This document shows, in pieces, positions 22,623 to 36,600 of a DNA stretch of 64,000 bases; the first letter of the stretch is position 1, and each line of letters begins with the position of its first letter. Origin of the DNA: Eledone cirrhosa (taxonomy: Eukaryota); contig OZ024740.1 of the NCBI GenBank assembly GCA_964016885.1, forward strand, positions 433,504,001-433,568,000. The letters run 5' to 3'. The notes beneath the pieces are model-generated. The model saw only the letters and a list, made by a program, of their open reading frames with translations. It was not told where the DNA came from and searched no databases. The position numbers and the translations under genes were made by a program.

Positions 22623-25600
22623 TCATCTGTTTGGGATGAAAGACCTAGTTTCTTTCATCTGTTTGGGATGAAAGACCTAGTTTCTTTCATCTGTTTGGGG
22701 TGAAAGACCTAGTTTCTTTCATCTGTTTGGGATGAAAGACCTATTTTCTCTCATCTGTTTGGGATGAAAGACCTAGTTTCTCTCATCTGTTAGGGGTGAA
22801 AGACCTAGTTTCTTTCATCTGTTTGGGGTGAAACACCTAGTTTATCTCATCCGTTTGGGGTGAAAGACCTAGTTTCTCCTATCTGTTTGGGGTGAAAGAC
22901 CTAGTTTCTCTCATCTGTTTGGGGTGAAAGACCTACTTTCTCACATCTGTTCGGGGTGAAAGACCTAGTTTCTCTCATCTGTTTCAGGTGAAAGACCTAG
23001 TTTCTCTCATCTGTGTGGGTGAAAGACCTAGTTTCTCTCATCTGTTTGGGGTGAAAGACCTAGTTTCTCTCATCTGTTTGGGGTGAAAGACCTAGTTTCT
23101 CTCATCTGTTTGGGATGAAAGACCTAGTTTCTTCCATCTGTTTGGGGTGAAAGACGTAGTTTCTCTCATCTGTTTGGGATGAGAGACCTAGTTTCTGTCA
23201 TGTTTGAGGTGAAAGACCTAGTTTCATCTGTTTGAGGTGAAAGACCTAGTTTCTCTCATCTGTTTGGGGTGAAAGACCTAGTTTGTCTCATCTGTTTGGG
23301 GTGAAAGACCTAGTTTGTCTCATCTGTTTGGGGTGAAACACCTAGTTTATCTCATCCGTTTGGGGTGAAAGACCTAGTTTCTCCTATCTGTTTGGGGTGA
23401 AAGACCTAGTTTCACTCATCTGATTGAGGTGAAAGACTTAGTTTCTCTCATCTGTTTGGGGTGAAAGACGTAGTTTCTCTCATCTGTTTGGGGTGAAAGA
23501 CCTAGTTTCTGTCATCTGTTTGAGGTGAAAGGCCTAGTTTCTTTCATCTGTTTGAGGTGAAAGACGTAGTTTCTCTCATCTGTTTGGAGTGAAAGACCTA
23601 GTTTCACTCATCTGTTTGGAGTGTAAGACCTAGTTTCACTCATCTGTTTGGGATGAAAGACCTAGTTTCTTTCATCTGGTTGGGATGAAAGACCTAGTTT
23701 CTCTCATCTGTTTGGGGTGAATGACCTAGTTTCTTTCATCTGTTTGGGGTGAAAGACCTAGTTTCTTTCATCTGTTTGGGGTGAAAGACCTAGTTTCTTT
23801 CATCTGTTTGGGATGAAAGACCTATTTTCTCTCATCTGTTTGGGATGAAAGACCTAGTTTCTCTCATCTGTTAGGGGTGAAAGACCTAGTTTCTTTCATC
23901 TGTTTGGGGTGAAACACCTAGTTTATCTCATCCGTTTGGGGTGAAAGACCTAGTTTCTCCTATCTGTTTGGGGTGAAAGACCTAGTTTCTCTCATCTGTT
24001 TGGGGTGAAAGACCTAGTTTCTCTCATCTGTTTGGGATGAAAGTCCTAGTTTCTTTCATCTGTTTGGGGTGAAAGACCTAGTTTCTTTCATCTGTTTGAG
24101 GTGAAAGACCTAGTTCCATCTGTTTGAAGTGAAAGACCTAGTTTCTCTCATCTGTTTGGAGTGAAAGACCTAGTTTCACTCATCTAATTGAGGTGAAAGA
24201 CTTAGTTTCTCTCATCTGTTTGGGGTGAAAGACGTAGTTTCTCTCATCTGTTTGGGGTGAAAGACCTAGTTTCTGTCATCTGTTTGAGGTGAAATGCCTA
24301 GTTTCTTTCATCTGTTTGAGGTGAAAGACGTAGTTTCTCTCATCTGTTTGGAGTGAAAGACGTAGTTTCACTCATCTGTTTGGAGTGTAAGACCTAGTTT
24401 CACTCATCTGTTTGAGGTGAAAGACTTAGTTTCTCTCATCTGTTTGGGGTGAAAGACGTAGTTTCTCTCATCTGTTTGGGGTGAAAGACCTAGATTCTGT
24501 CATCTGTTTGAGGTGAAAGGCCTAGTTTCTTTCATCTGTTTGGGGTGAAAGACCTAGTTTCTTTCATCTGTTTGGGGTGAAAGACCTAGTTTCTTTCATC
24601 TGTTTGGGGTGAAAGACCTAGTTTCTCTCATCTGTTAGGGGTGAAAGACCTAGTTTCTTTCATCTGTTTGGGATGAAAGACCTAGTTTCTTTCATCTGTT
24701 TGGGGTGAAAGACCTAGTTTCTTTCATCTGTTTGGGGTGAAAGACCTAGTTTCTTTCATCTGTTTGGGGTGAAAGACCTAGTTTCTTTCATCTGTTTGGG
24801 ATGAAAGACCTAGTTTCTTTCATCTGGTTGGGATGAAAGACCTAGTTTCTCTCATCTGTTTGGGGTGAAAGACCTAGTTTCTCTCATCTGTTTGGGGTGA
24901 AAGACCTAGTTTATCTCATCTGTTTGGGGTGAAAGACCTAGTTTCTCTCATCTGTTTGGGGTGAAAGACCTAGTTTGTCTCATCTGTTTGGGGTGAAAGA
25001 CCTTGTTTATCTCATCTGTTTGGGGTGAAAGACCTAGTTTATCTCATCTGTTTGGGGTGAAAGACCTAGTTACTCCTATCTGTTTGGGGTGAAAGACCTA
25101 GTTTCTTTCATCTGTTTGGGATGAAAGACTTAGTTTCTCTCATCTGTTTGGGATGAAAGACCTAGTTTCTTTCATCTGTTTGGGATGAAAGACCTAGTTT
25201 CTTTCATCTGTTTGGGGTGAAAGACCTAGTTTCTTTCATCTGTTTGGGATGAAAGACCTATTTTCTCTCATCTGTTTGGGATGAAAGACCTAGTTTCTCT
25301 CATCTGTTAGGGGTGAAAGACCTAGTTTCTTTCATCTGTTTGGGGTGAAACACCTAGTTTATCTCATCCGTTTGGGGTGAAAGACCTAGTTTCTCCTATC
25401 TGTTTGGGGTGAAAGACCTAGTTTCTCTCATCTGTTTGGGGTGAAAGACCTACTTTCTCACATCTGTTCGGGGTGAAAGACCTAGTTTCTCTCATCTGTT
25501 TCAGGTGAAAGACCTAGTTTCTCTCATCTGTGTGGGTGAAAGACCTAGTTTCTCTCATCTGTTTGGGGTGAAAGACCTAGTTTCTCTCATCTGTTTGGGG

Positions 25601-27699
25601 TGAAAGACCTAGTTTCTCTCATCTGTTTGGGATGAAAGACCTAGTTTCTTCCATCTGTTTGGGGTGAAAGACGTAGTTTCTCTCATCTGTTTGGGATGAG
25701 AGACCTAGTTTCTGTCATGTTTGAGGTGAAAGACCTAGTTTCATCTGTTTGAGGTGAAAGACCTAGTTTCTCTCATCTGTTTGGGGTGAAAGACCTAGTT
25801 TGTCTCATCTGTTTGGGGTGAAAGACCTAGTTTGTCTCATCTGTTTGGGGTGAAACACCTAGTTTATCTCATCCGTTTGGGGTGAAAGACCTAGTTTCTC
25901 CTATCTGTTTGGGGTGAAAGACCTAGTTTCACTCATCTGATTGAGGTGAAAGACTTAGTTTCTCTCATCTGTTTGGGGTGAAAGACGTAGTTTCTCTCAT
26001 CTGTTTGGGGTGAAAGACCTAGTTTCTGTCATCTGTTTGAGGTGAAAGGCCTAGTTTCTTTCATCTGTTTGAGGTGAAAGACGTAGTTTCTCTCATCTGT
26101 TTGGAGTGAAAGACCTAGTTTCACTCATCTGTTTGGAGTGTAAGACCTAGTTTCACTCATCTGTTTGGGATGAAAGACCTAGTTTCTTTCATCTGGTTGG
26201 GATGAAAGACCTAGTTTCTCTCATCTGTTTGGGGTGAATGACCTAGTTTCTTTCATCTGTTTGGGGTGAAAGACCTAGTTTCTTTCATCTGTTTGGGGTG
26301 AAAGACCTAGTTTCTTTCATCTGTTTGGGATGAAAGACCTATTTTCTCTCATCTGTTTGGGATGAAAGACCTAGTTTCTCTCATCTGTTAGGGGTGAAAG
26401 ACCTAGTTTCTTTCATCTGTTTGGGGTGAAACACCTAGTTTATCTCATCCGTTTGGGGTGAAAGACCTAGTTTCTCCTATCTGTTTGGGGTGAAAGACCT
26501 AGTTTCTCTCATCTGTTTGGGGTGAAAGACCTAGTTTCTCTCATCTGTTTGGGATGAAAGTCCTAGTTTCTTTCATCTGTTTGGGGTGAAAGACCTAGTT
26601 TCTTTCATCTGTTTGAGGTGAAAGACCTAGTTCCATCTGTTTGAAGTGAAAGACCTAGTTTCTCTCATCTGTTTGGAGTGAAAGACCTAGTTTCACTCAT
26701 CTAATTGAGGTGAAAGACTTAGTTTCTCTCATCTGTTTGGGGTGAAAGACGTAGTTTCTCTCATCTGTTTGGGGTGAAAGACCTAGTTTCTGTCATCTGT
26801 TTGAGGTGAAATGCCTAGTTTCTTTCATCTGTTTGAGGTGAAAGACGTAGTTTCTCTCATCTGTTTGGAGTGAAAGACGTAGTTTCACTCATCTGTTTGG
26901 AGTGTAAGACCTAGTTTCACTCATCTGTTTGAGGTGAAAGACTTAGTTTCTCTCATCTGTTTGGGGTGAAAGACGTAGTTTCTCTCATCTGTTTGGGGTG
27001 AAAGACCTAGATTCTGTCATCTGTTTGAGGTGAAAGGCCTAGTTTCTTTCATCTGTTTGGGGTGAAAGACCTAGTTTCTTTCATCTGTTTGGGGTGAAAG
27101 ACCTAGTTTCTTTCATCTGTTTGGGGTGAAAGACCTAGTTTCTCTCATCTGTTAGGGGTGAAAGACCTAGTTTCTTTCATCTGTTTGGGATGAAAGACCT
27201 AGTTTCTTTCATCTGTTTGGGGTGAAAGACCTAGTTTCTTTCATCTGTTTGGGGTGAAAGACCTAGTTTCTTTCATCTGTTTGGGGTGAAAGACCTAGTT
27301 TCTTTCATCTGTTTGGGATGAAAGACCTAGTTTCTTTCATCTGGTTGGGATGAAAGACCTAGTTTCTCTCATCTGTTTGGGGTGAAAGACCTAGTTTCTC
27401 TCATCTGTTTGGGGTGAAAGACCTAGTTTATCTCATCTGTTTGGGGTGAAAGACCTAGTTTCTCTCATCTGTTTGGGGTGAAAGACCTAGTTTGTCTCAT
27501 CTGTTTGGGGTGAAAGACCTTGTTTATCTCATCTGTTTGGGGTGAAAGACCTAGTTTATCTCATCTGTTTGGGGTGAAAGACCTAGTTACTCCTATCTGT
27601 TTGGGGTGAAAGACCTAGTTTCTTTCATCTGTTTGGGATGAAAGACTTAGTTTCTCTCATCTGTTTGGGATGAAAGACCTAGTTTCTTTCATCTGTTTG
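22623..27699. repeat. Tandem duplication within the satellite, period 2,517 bp (79 monomers)
   Basis: 31-bp monomer CTGTGTGGGT at 23011/25528 and TACTCC at 25071/27588. 79x32 minus 11 bp of internal deletions = 2517. Confidence 0.9.
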
Positions 27700-30600
27700 A
27701 GGTGAAAGACCTAGTTTCTCTCATCTGTTTGGGGTGAAAGACCTAGTTTGTCTCATCTGTTTGGGGTGAAAGACCTAGTTTCTCTCATCTGTTTGGGGTG
27801 AAAGACCTACTTTCTCACATCTGTTCGGGGTGAAAGACCTAGTTTCTCTCATCTGTTTCAGGTGAAAGACCTAGTTTCTCTCATCTGTTTGGGGCGAATG
27901 ACCTAGTTTCTCTCATCTGCTTGGGATGAAAGACCTAGTTTCTCTCATCTGTTTGGGGTGAAAGACCTAGTTTCTCTCATCTGTTTGGGATGAAAGACCT
28001 AGTTTCTCTCATCTGTTTGGGGTGAAAGATCTAGTTTCTCTCATCTGTTTGAGATGAGAGACCTAGTTTCTCTCATCTGTTTGAGGTGAAAGAGCTAGTT
28101 TCTCTCATCTGTTTGAGGTGAAAGACCTAGTTTCTGTCATCTGTTTGGGGTGAAAGACCTAGTTTCTGTCATCTGTTTGGGATGAAAGACCTAGTTTCTT
28201 TCATCTGTTTGGGATGAAAGACCTAGTTTCTTTCATCTGTTTGGGGTGAAAGACCTAGTTTCTTTCATCTGTTTGGGATGAAAGACCTATTTTCTCTCAT
28301 CTGTTTGGGATGAAAGACCTAGTTTCTCTCATCTGTTAGGGGTGAAAGACCTAGTTTCTTTCATCTGTTTGGGGTGAAACACCTAGTTTATCTCATCCGT
28401 TTGGGGTGAAAGACCTAGTTTCTCCTATCTGTTTGGGGTGAAAGACCTAGTTTCTCTCATCTGTTTGGGGTGAAAGACCTACTTTCTCACATCTGTTCGG
28501 GGTGAAAGACCTAGTTTCTCTCATCTGTTTCAGGTGAAAGACCTAGTTTCTCTCATCTGTGTGGGGTGAAAGACCTAGTTTCTCTCATCTGTTTGGGGTG
28601 AAAGACCTAGTTTCTCTCATCTGTTTGGGATGAAAGACCTAGTTTCTTCCATCTGTTTGGGGTGAAAGACGTAGTTTCTCTCATCTGTTTGGGATGAGAG
28701 ACCTAGTTTCTGTCATGTTTGAGGTGAAAGACCTAGTTTCATCTGTTTGAGGTGAAAGACCTAGTTTCTCTCATCTGGTTGGGGTGAAAGACCTAGTTTG
28801 TCTCATCTGTTTGGGGTGAAACACCTAGTTTATCTCATCCGTTTGGGGTGAAAGACCTAGTTTCTCCTATCTGTTTGGGGTGAAAGACCTAGTTTCTCTC
28901 ATCTGTTTGGGGTGAAAGACCTAGTTTCTCTCATCTGTTTGGGGTGAAAGACCTAGTTTCTCTCATCTGTTTGGGGTGAAAGACCTAGTTTCTCTCATCT
29001 GTTTGGGATGAAAGTCCTAGTTTCTTTCATCTGTGTGGGGTGAAAGACCTAGTTTCTTTCATATGTTTGAGGTGAAAGACCTAGTTCCATCTGTTTGAAG
29101 TGAAAGACCTAGTTTCTCTCATCTGTTTGGAGTGAAAGACCTAGTTTCACTCATCTGATTGAGGTGAAAGACTTAGTTTCTCTCATCTGTTTGGGGTGAA
29201 AGACGTAGTTTCTCTCATCTGTTTGGGGTGAAAGACCTAGTTTCTGTCATCTGTTTGAGGTGAAAGGCCTAGTTTCTTTCATCTGTTTGAGGTGAAAGAC
29301 GTAGTTTCTCTCATCTGTTTGGAGTGAAAGACCTAGTTTCACTCATCTGTTTGGAGTGTATGACCTAGTTTCACTCATCTGTTTGAGGTGAAAGACTTAG
29401 TTTCTCTCATCTGTTTGGGGTGAAAGACGTAGTTTCTCTCATCTGTTTGGGGTGAAAGACCTAGATTCTGTCATCTGTTTGAGGTGAAAGGCCTAGTTTC
29501 TTTCATCTGTTTGGGGTGAAAGACCTAGTTTCTTTCATCTGTTTGGGGTGAAAGACCTAGTTTCTTTCATCTGTTTGGGGTGAAAGACCTAGTTTCTCTC
29601 ATCTGTTAGGGGTGAAAGACCTAGTTTCTTTCATCTGTTTGGGATGAAAGACCTAGTTTCTTTCATCTGTTTGGGGTGAATGACCTAGTTTCTTTCATCT
29701 GTTTGGGGTGAAAGACCTAATTTCTTTCATCTGTTTGGAGTGAAAGACCTAGTTTCTTTCATCTGTTTGGTATGAAAGACCTAGTTTCTTTCATCTGGTT
29801 GGGATGAAAGACCTAGTTTCTCTCATCTGTTTGGGGTGAAAGACCTAGTTTGTCTCATCTGTTTGGGGTGAAAGACCTAGTTTCTTTCATCTGTTTGGGA
29901 TGAAAGACCTAGTTTCTTTCATCTGTTTGGGATGAAAGACCTAGTTTCTTTCATCTGTTTGGGATGAAAGACCTAGTTTCTTTCATCTGTTTGGGGTGAA
30001 AGACCTAGTTTCTTTCATCTGTTTGGGATGAAAGACCTATTTTCTCTCATCTGTTTGGGATGAAAGACCTAGTTTCTCTCATCTGTTAGGGGTGAAAGAC
30101 CTAGTTTCTTTCATCTGTTTGGGGTGAAACACCTAGTTTATCTCATCCGTTTGGGGTGAAAGACCTAGTTTCTCCTATCTGTTTGGGGTGAAAGACCTAG
30201 TTTCTCTCATCTGTTTGGGGTGAAAGACCTAGTTTCTCTCATCTGTTTGGGATGAAAGTCCTAGTTTCTTTCATCTGTTTGGGGTGAAAGAACAAGTTTC
30301 TTTCATCTGTTTGAGGTGAAAGACCTAGTTCCATCTGTTTGAAGTGAAAGACCTAGTTTCTCTCATCTGTTTGGAGTGAAAGACCTAGTTTAACTCATCT
30401 AATTGAGGTGAAAGACTTAGTTTCTCTCATCTGTTTGGGGTGAAAGACGTAGTTTCTCTCATCTGTTTGGGGTGAAAGACCTAGTTTCTGTCATCTGTTT
30501 GAGGTGAAATGCCTAGTTTCTTTCATCTGTTTGAGGTGAAAGACGTAGTTTCTCTCATCTGTTTGGAGTGAAAGACGTAGTTTCACTCATCTGTTTGGAG

Positions 30601-33600
30601 TGTAAGACCTAGTTTCACTCATCTGTTTGAGGTGAAAGACTTAGTTTCTCTCATCTGTTTGGGGTGAAAGACGTAGTTTCTCTCATCTGTTTGGGGTGAA
30701 AGACCTAGATTCTGTCATCTGTTTGAGGTGAAAGGCCTAGTTTCTTTCATCTGTTTGGGGTGAAAGACCTAGTTTCTTTCATCTGTTTGGGGTGAAAGAC
30801 CTAGTTTCTTTCATCTGTTTGGGGTGAAAGACCTAGTTTCTCTCATCTGTTAGGGGTGAAAGACCTAGTTTCTTTCATCTGTTTGGGATGAAAGACCTAG
30901 TTTCTTTCATCTGTTTGGGGTGAAAGACCTAGTTTCTTTCATCTGTTTGGGGTGAAAGACCTAGTTTCTTTCATCTGTTTGGGGTGAAAGACCTAGTTTC
31001 TTTCATCTGTTTGGGATGAAAGACCTAGTTTCTTTCATCTGGTTGGGATGAAAGACCTAGTTTCTCTCATCTGTTTGGGGTGAAAGACCTAGTTTGTCTC
31101 ATCTGTTTGGGGTGAAAGACCTAGTTTCTTTCATCTGTTTGGGATGAAAGACCTAGTTTCTTTCATCTGTTTGGGATGAAAGACCTAGTTTCTTTCATCT
31201 GTTTGGGATGAAAGACCTAGTTTCTTTCATCTGTTTGGGGTGAAAGACCTAGTTTCTTTCATCTGTTTGGGATGAAAGACCTATTTTCTCTCATCTGTTT
31301 GGGATGAAAGACCTAGTTTCTCTCATCTGTTAGGGGTGAAAGACCTAGTTTCTTTCATCTGTTTGGGATGAAAGACCTAGTTTCTTTCATCTATTTGGGG
31401 TGAAAGACCTAGTTTCTTTCATCTGTTTGGGGTGAAAGACCTAGTTTCTCTCATCTGTTTGGGATGAAAGACCTAGTTTCTTTCATCTGTTTGGGGTGAA
31501 AGACCTAGTTTCTTTCATCTGTTTGGGGTGAAAGACCTAGATTCTGTCATCTGTTTGAGGTGAAAGGCCTAGTTTCTTTCATGTGTTTGAGGTGAAAGGC
31601 CTAGTTTCTCTAATCTGTTTGGGGTGAAAGACTTAGTTTCTCTCATCTGTTTGAGGTGAAATACTTATTTTCTTTCATCTGTTTGGGGTGAAAGACCCAG
31701 TTTCTCTCATCTGTTTGGAGTGAAAGACCTAGTTTCTCTCATCTGTTTGCCGTGAAAAACCTAGTTTCTCTCATCTGTTTGAGGTGAAAGACCTAGTTTC
31801 TCTCATCTGTTTGGGATGAAAGACCTAGTTTCTTTCATCTGTTTGGGGTGAAAGACCTAGTTTCTTTCATCTGTTTGGGATGAAAGACCTAGTTTCTTTC
31901 ATCTGTTTGGGGTGAAAGACCTAGTTTCTCTCATCTGTTTGGGGTGAAAGACCTAGTTTCTTTCATCTGTTTGGGGTGAAAGATCTAGTTTCTTTCATCT
32001 GTTTGGGGTGAAAGACCTAGTTTCTTTAATCTGTTAGGGGTGAAAGACCTAGTTTCTTTCATCTGTTTGGGATGAAAGACCTAGTTTCTTTCATCTGTTT
32101 GGGGTGAAAGACCTAGTTTCTTTCATCTGTTTGGGGTGAAAGACCTAGTTTCTTTCATCTGTTTGGGGTGAAAGACCTAGTTTCTCTCATCTGTTAGGAG
32201 TGAAAGACCTAGTTTCTTTCATCTGTTTGGGATGAAAGACCTAGTTTCTTTCATCTGTTTGGGGTGAAAGACCTAGTTTCTTTCATCTGTTTGGGGTGAA
32301 AGACCTAGTTTCTTTCATCTGTTTGGGGTGAAAGACCTAGTTTCTTTCATCTGTTTGGGATGAAAGACCTAGTTTCTTTCATCTGGTTGGGATGAAAGAC
32401 CTAGTTTCTCTCATCTGTTTGGGGTGAAAGACCTAGTTTCTTTCATCTATTTGGGGTGAAAGACCTAGTTTCTGTCATCTGTTTGGGGTGAAAGACCTAG
32501 TTTCTCTCATCTGTTTGGGGTGAAAGACCTAGTTTCTCTCATCTGTTTGGGGTGAAAGACCTAGTTTGTCTCATCTGTTTGGGGTGAAAGACCTTGTTTA
32601 TCTCATCTGTTTGGGGTGAAAGACCTAGTTTATCTCATCTGTTTGGGGTGAAAGACCTAGTTACTCCTATCTGTTTGGGGTGAAAGACCTAGTTTCTTTC
32701 ATCTGTTTGGGATGAAAGACTTAGTTTCTCTCATCTGTTTGGGATGAAAGACCTAGATTCTTTCATCTGTTTGAGGTGAAAGACCTAGTTTCTCTCATCT
32801 GTTTGGGGTGAAAGACCTAGTTTGTCTCATCTGTTTGGGGTGAAAGACCTAGTTTCTCTCATCTGTTTGGGGTGAAAGACCTACTTTCTCACATCTGTTC
32901 GGGGTGAAAGACCTAGTTTCTCTCATCTGTTTCAGGTGAAAGACCTAGTTTCTCTCATCTGTTTGGGGTGAATGACCTAGTTTCTCTCATCTGCTTGGGA
33001 TGAAAGACCTAGTTTCTCTCATCTGTTTGGGGTGAAAGACCTAGTTTCTCTCATCTGTTTGGGATGAAAGACCTAGTTTCTCTCATCTGTTTGGGGTGAA
33101 AGATCTAGTTTCTCTCATCTGTTTGAGATGAGAGACCTAGTTTCTCTCATCTGTTTGAGGTGAAAGACCTAGTTTCTCTCATCTGTTTGAGGTGAAAGAC
33201 CTAGTTTCTGTCATCTGTTTGGGGTGAAAGACCTAGTTTCTGTCATCTGTTTGGGATGAAAGACCTAGTTTCTTTCATCTGTTTGGGATGAAAGACCTAG
33301 TTTCTTTCATCTGTTTGGGGTGAAAGACCTAGTTTCTTTCATCTGTTTGGGATGAAAGACCTATTTTCTCTCATCTGTTTGGGATGAAAGACCTAGTTTC
33401 TCTCATCTGTTAGGGGTGAAAGACCTAGTTTCTTTCATCTGTTTGGGGTGAAACACCTAGTTTATCTCATCCGTTTGGGGTGAAAGACCTAGTTTCTCCT
33501 ATCTGTTTGGGGTGAAAGACCTAGTTTCTCTCATCTGTTTGGGGTGAAAGACCTACTTTCTCACATCTGTTCGGGGTGAAAGACCTAGTTTCTCTCATCT

Positions 33601-36600
33601 GTTTCAGGTGAAAGACCTAGTTTCTCTCATCTGTGTGGGGTGAAAGACCTAGTTTCTCTCATCTGTTTGGGGTGAAAGACCTAGTTTCTCTCATCTGTTT
33701 GGGATGAAAGACCTAGTTTCTTCCATCTGTTTGGGGTGAAAGACGTAGTTTCTCTCATCTGTTTGGGATGAGAGACCTAGTTTCTGTCATGTTTGAGGTG
33801 AAAGACCTAGTTTCATCTGTTTGAGGTGAAAGACCTAGTTTCTCTCATCTGGTTGGGGTGAAAGACCTAGTTTGTCTCATCTGTTTGGGGTGAAACACCT
33901 AGTTTATCTCATCCGTTTGGGGTGAAAGACCTAGTTTCTCCTATCTGTTTGGGGTGAAAGACCTAGTTTCTCTCATCTGTTTGGGGTGAAAGACCTAGTT
34001 TCTCTCATCTGTTTGGGGTGAAAGACCTAGTTTCTCTCATCTGTTTGGGGTGAAAGACCTAGTTTCTCTCATCTGTTTGGGATGAAAGTCCTAGTTTCTT
34101 TCATCTGTGTGGGGTGAAAGACCTAGTTTCTTTCATCTGTTTGAGGTGAAAGACCTAGTTCCATCTGTTTGAAGTGAAAGACCTAGTTTCTCTCATCTGT
34201 TTGGAGTGAAAGACCTAGTTTCACTCATCTGATTGAGGTGAAAGACTTAGTTTCTCTCATCTGTTTGGGGTGAAAGACGTAGTTTCTCTCATCTGTTTGG
34301 GGTGAAAGACCTAGTTTCTGTCATCTGTTTGAGGTGAAAGGCCTAGTTTCTTTCATCTGTTTGAGGTGAAAGACGTAGTTTCTCTCATCTGTTTGGAGTG
34401 AAAGACCTAGTTTCACTCATCTGTTTGGAGTGTATGACCTAGTTTCACTCATCTGTTTGAGGTGAAAGACTTAGTTTCTCTCATCTGTTTGGGGTGAAAG
34501 ACGTAGTTTCTCTCATCTGTTTGGGGTGAAAGACCTAGATTCTGTCATCTGTTTGAGGTGAAAGGCCTAGTTTCTTTCATCTGTTTGGGGTGAAAGACCT
34601 AGTTTCTTTCATCTGTTTGGGGTGAAAGACCTAGTTTCTTTCATCTGTTTGGGGTGAAAGACCTAGTTTCTCTCATCTGTTAGGGGTGAAAGACCTAGTT
34701 TCTTTCATCTGTTTGGGATGAAAGACCTAGTTTCTTTCATCTGTTTGGGGTGAATGACCTAGTTTCTTTCATCTGTTTGGGGTGAAAGACCTAATTTCTT
34801 TCATCTGTTTGGAGTGAAAGACCTAGTTTCTTTCATATGTTTGGTATGAAAGACCTAGTTTCTTTCATCTGGTTGGGATGAAAGACCTAGTTTCTCTCAT
34901 CTGTTTGGGGTGAAAGACCTAGTTTGTCTCATCTGTTTGGGGTGAAAGACCTAGTTTCTTTCATCTGTTTGGGATGAAAGACCTAGTTTCTTTCATCTGT
35001 TTGGGATGAAAGACCTAGTTTCTTTCATCTGTTTGGGATGAAAGACCTAGTTTCTTTCATCTGTTTGGGGTGAAAGACCTAGTTTCTTTCATCTGTTTGG
35101 GATGAAAGACCTATTTTCTCTCATCTGTTTGGGATGAAAGACCTAGTTTCCCTCATCTGTTAGGGGTGAAAGACCTAGTTTCTTTCATCTGTTTGGGGTG
35201 AAACACCTAGTTTATCTCATCCGTTTGGGGTGAAAGACCTAGTTTCTCCTATCTGTTTGGGGTGAAAGACCTAGTTTCTCTCATCTGTTTGGGGTGAAAG
35301 ACCTAGTTTCTCTCATCTGTTTGGTATGAAAGTCCTAGTTTCTTTCATCTGTTTGGGGTGAAAGAACAAGTTTCTTTCATCTGTTTGAGGTGAAAGACCT
35401 AGTTCCATCTGTTTGAAGTGAAAGACCTAGTTTCTCTCATCTGTTTGGAGTGAAAGACCTAGTTTAACTCATCTAATTGAGGTGAAAGACTTAGTTTCTC
35501 TCATCTGTTTGGGGTGAAAGACGTAGTTTCTCTCATCTGTTTGGGGTGAAAGACCTAGTTTCTGTCATCTGTTTGAGGTGAAATGCCTAGTTTCTTTCAT
35601 CTGTTTGAGGTGAAAGACGTAGTTTCTCTCATCTGTTTGGAGTGAAAGACGTAGTTTCACTCATCTGTTTGGAGTGTAAGACCTAGTTTCACTCATCTGT
35701 TTGAGGTGAAAGACTTAGTTTCTCTCATCTGTTTGGGGTGAAAGACGTAGTTTCTCTCATCTGTTTGGGGTGAAAGACCTAGATTCTGTCATCTGTTTGA
35801 GGTGAAAGGCCTAGTTTCTTTCATCTGTTTGGGGTGAAAGACCTAGTTTCTTTCATCTGTTTGGGGTGAAAGACCTAGTTTCTCTCATCTGTTTGGGGTG
35901 AAAGACCTAGTTTCTCTCATCTGTTAGGGGTGAAAGACCTAGTTTCTTTCATCTGTTTGGGATGAAAGACCTAGTTTCTTTCATCTGTTTGGGGTGAAAG
36001 ACCTAGTTTCTTTCATCTGTTTGGGGTGAAAGACCTAGTTTCTTTCATCTGTTTGGGGTGAAAGACCTAGTTTCTTTCATCTGTTTGGGATGAAAGACCT
36101 AGTTTCTTTCATCTGGTTGGGATGAAAGACCTAGTTTCTCTCATCTGTTTGGGGTGAAAGACCTAGTTTGTCTCATCTGTTTGGGGTGAAAGACCTAGTT
36201 TCTTTCATCTGTTTGGGATGAAAGACCTAGTTTCTTTCATCTGTTTGGGATGAAAGACCTAGTTTCTTTCATCTGTTTGGGATGAAAGACCTAGTTTCTT
36301 TCATCTGTTTGGGGTGAAAGACCTAGTTTCTTTCATCTGTTTGGGATGAAAGACCTATTTTCTCTCATCTGTTTGGGATGAAAGACCTAGTTTCTCTCAT
36401 CTGTTAGGGGTGAAAGACCTAGTTTCTTTCATCTGTTTGGGATGAAAGACCTAGTTTCTTTCATCTATTTGGGGTGAAAGACCTAGTTTCTTTCATCTGT
36501 TTGGGGTGAAAGACCTAGTTTCTCTCATCTGTTTGGGATGAAAGACCTAGTTTCTTTCATCTGTTTGGGGTGAAAGACCTAGTTTCTTTCATCTGTTTGG

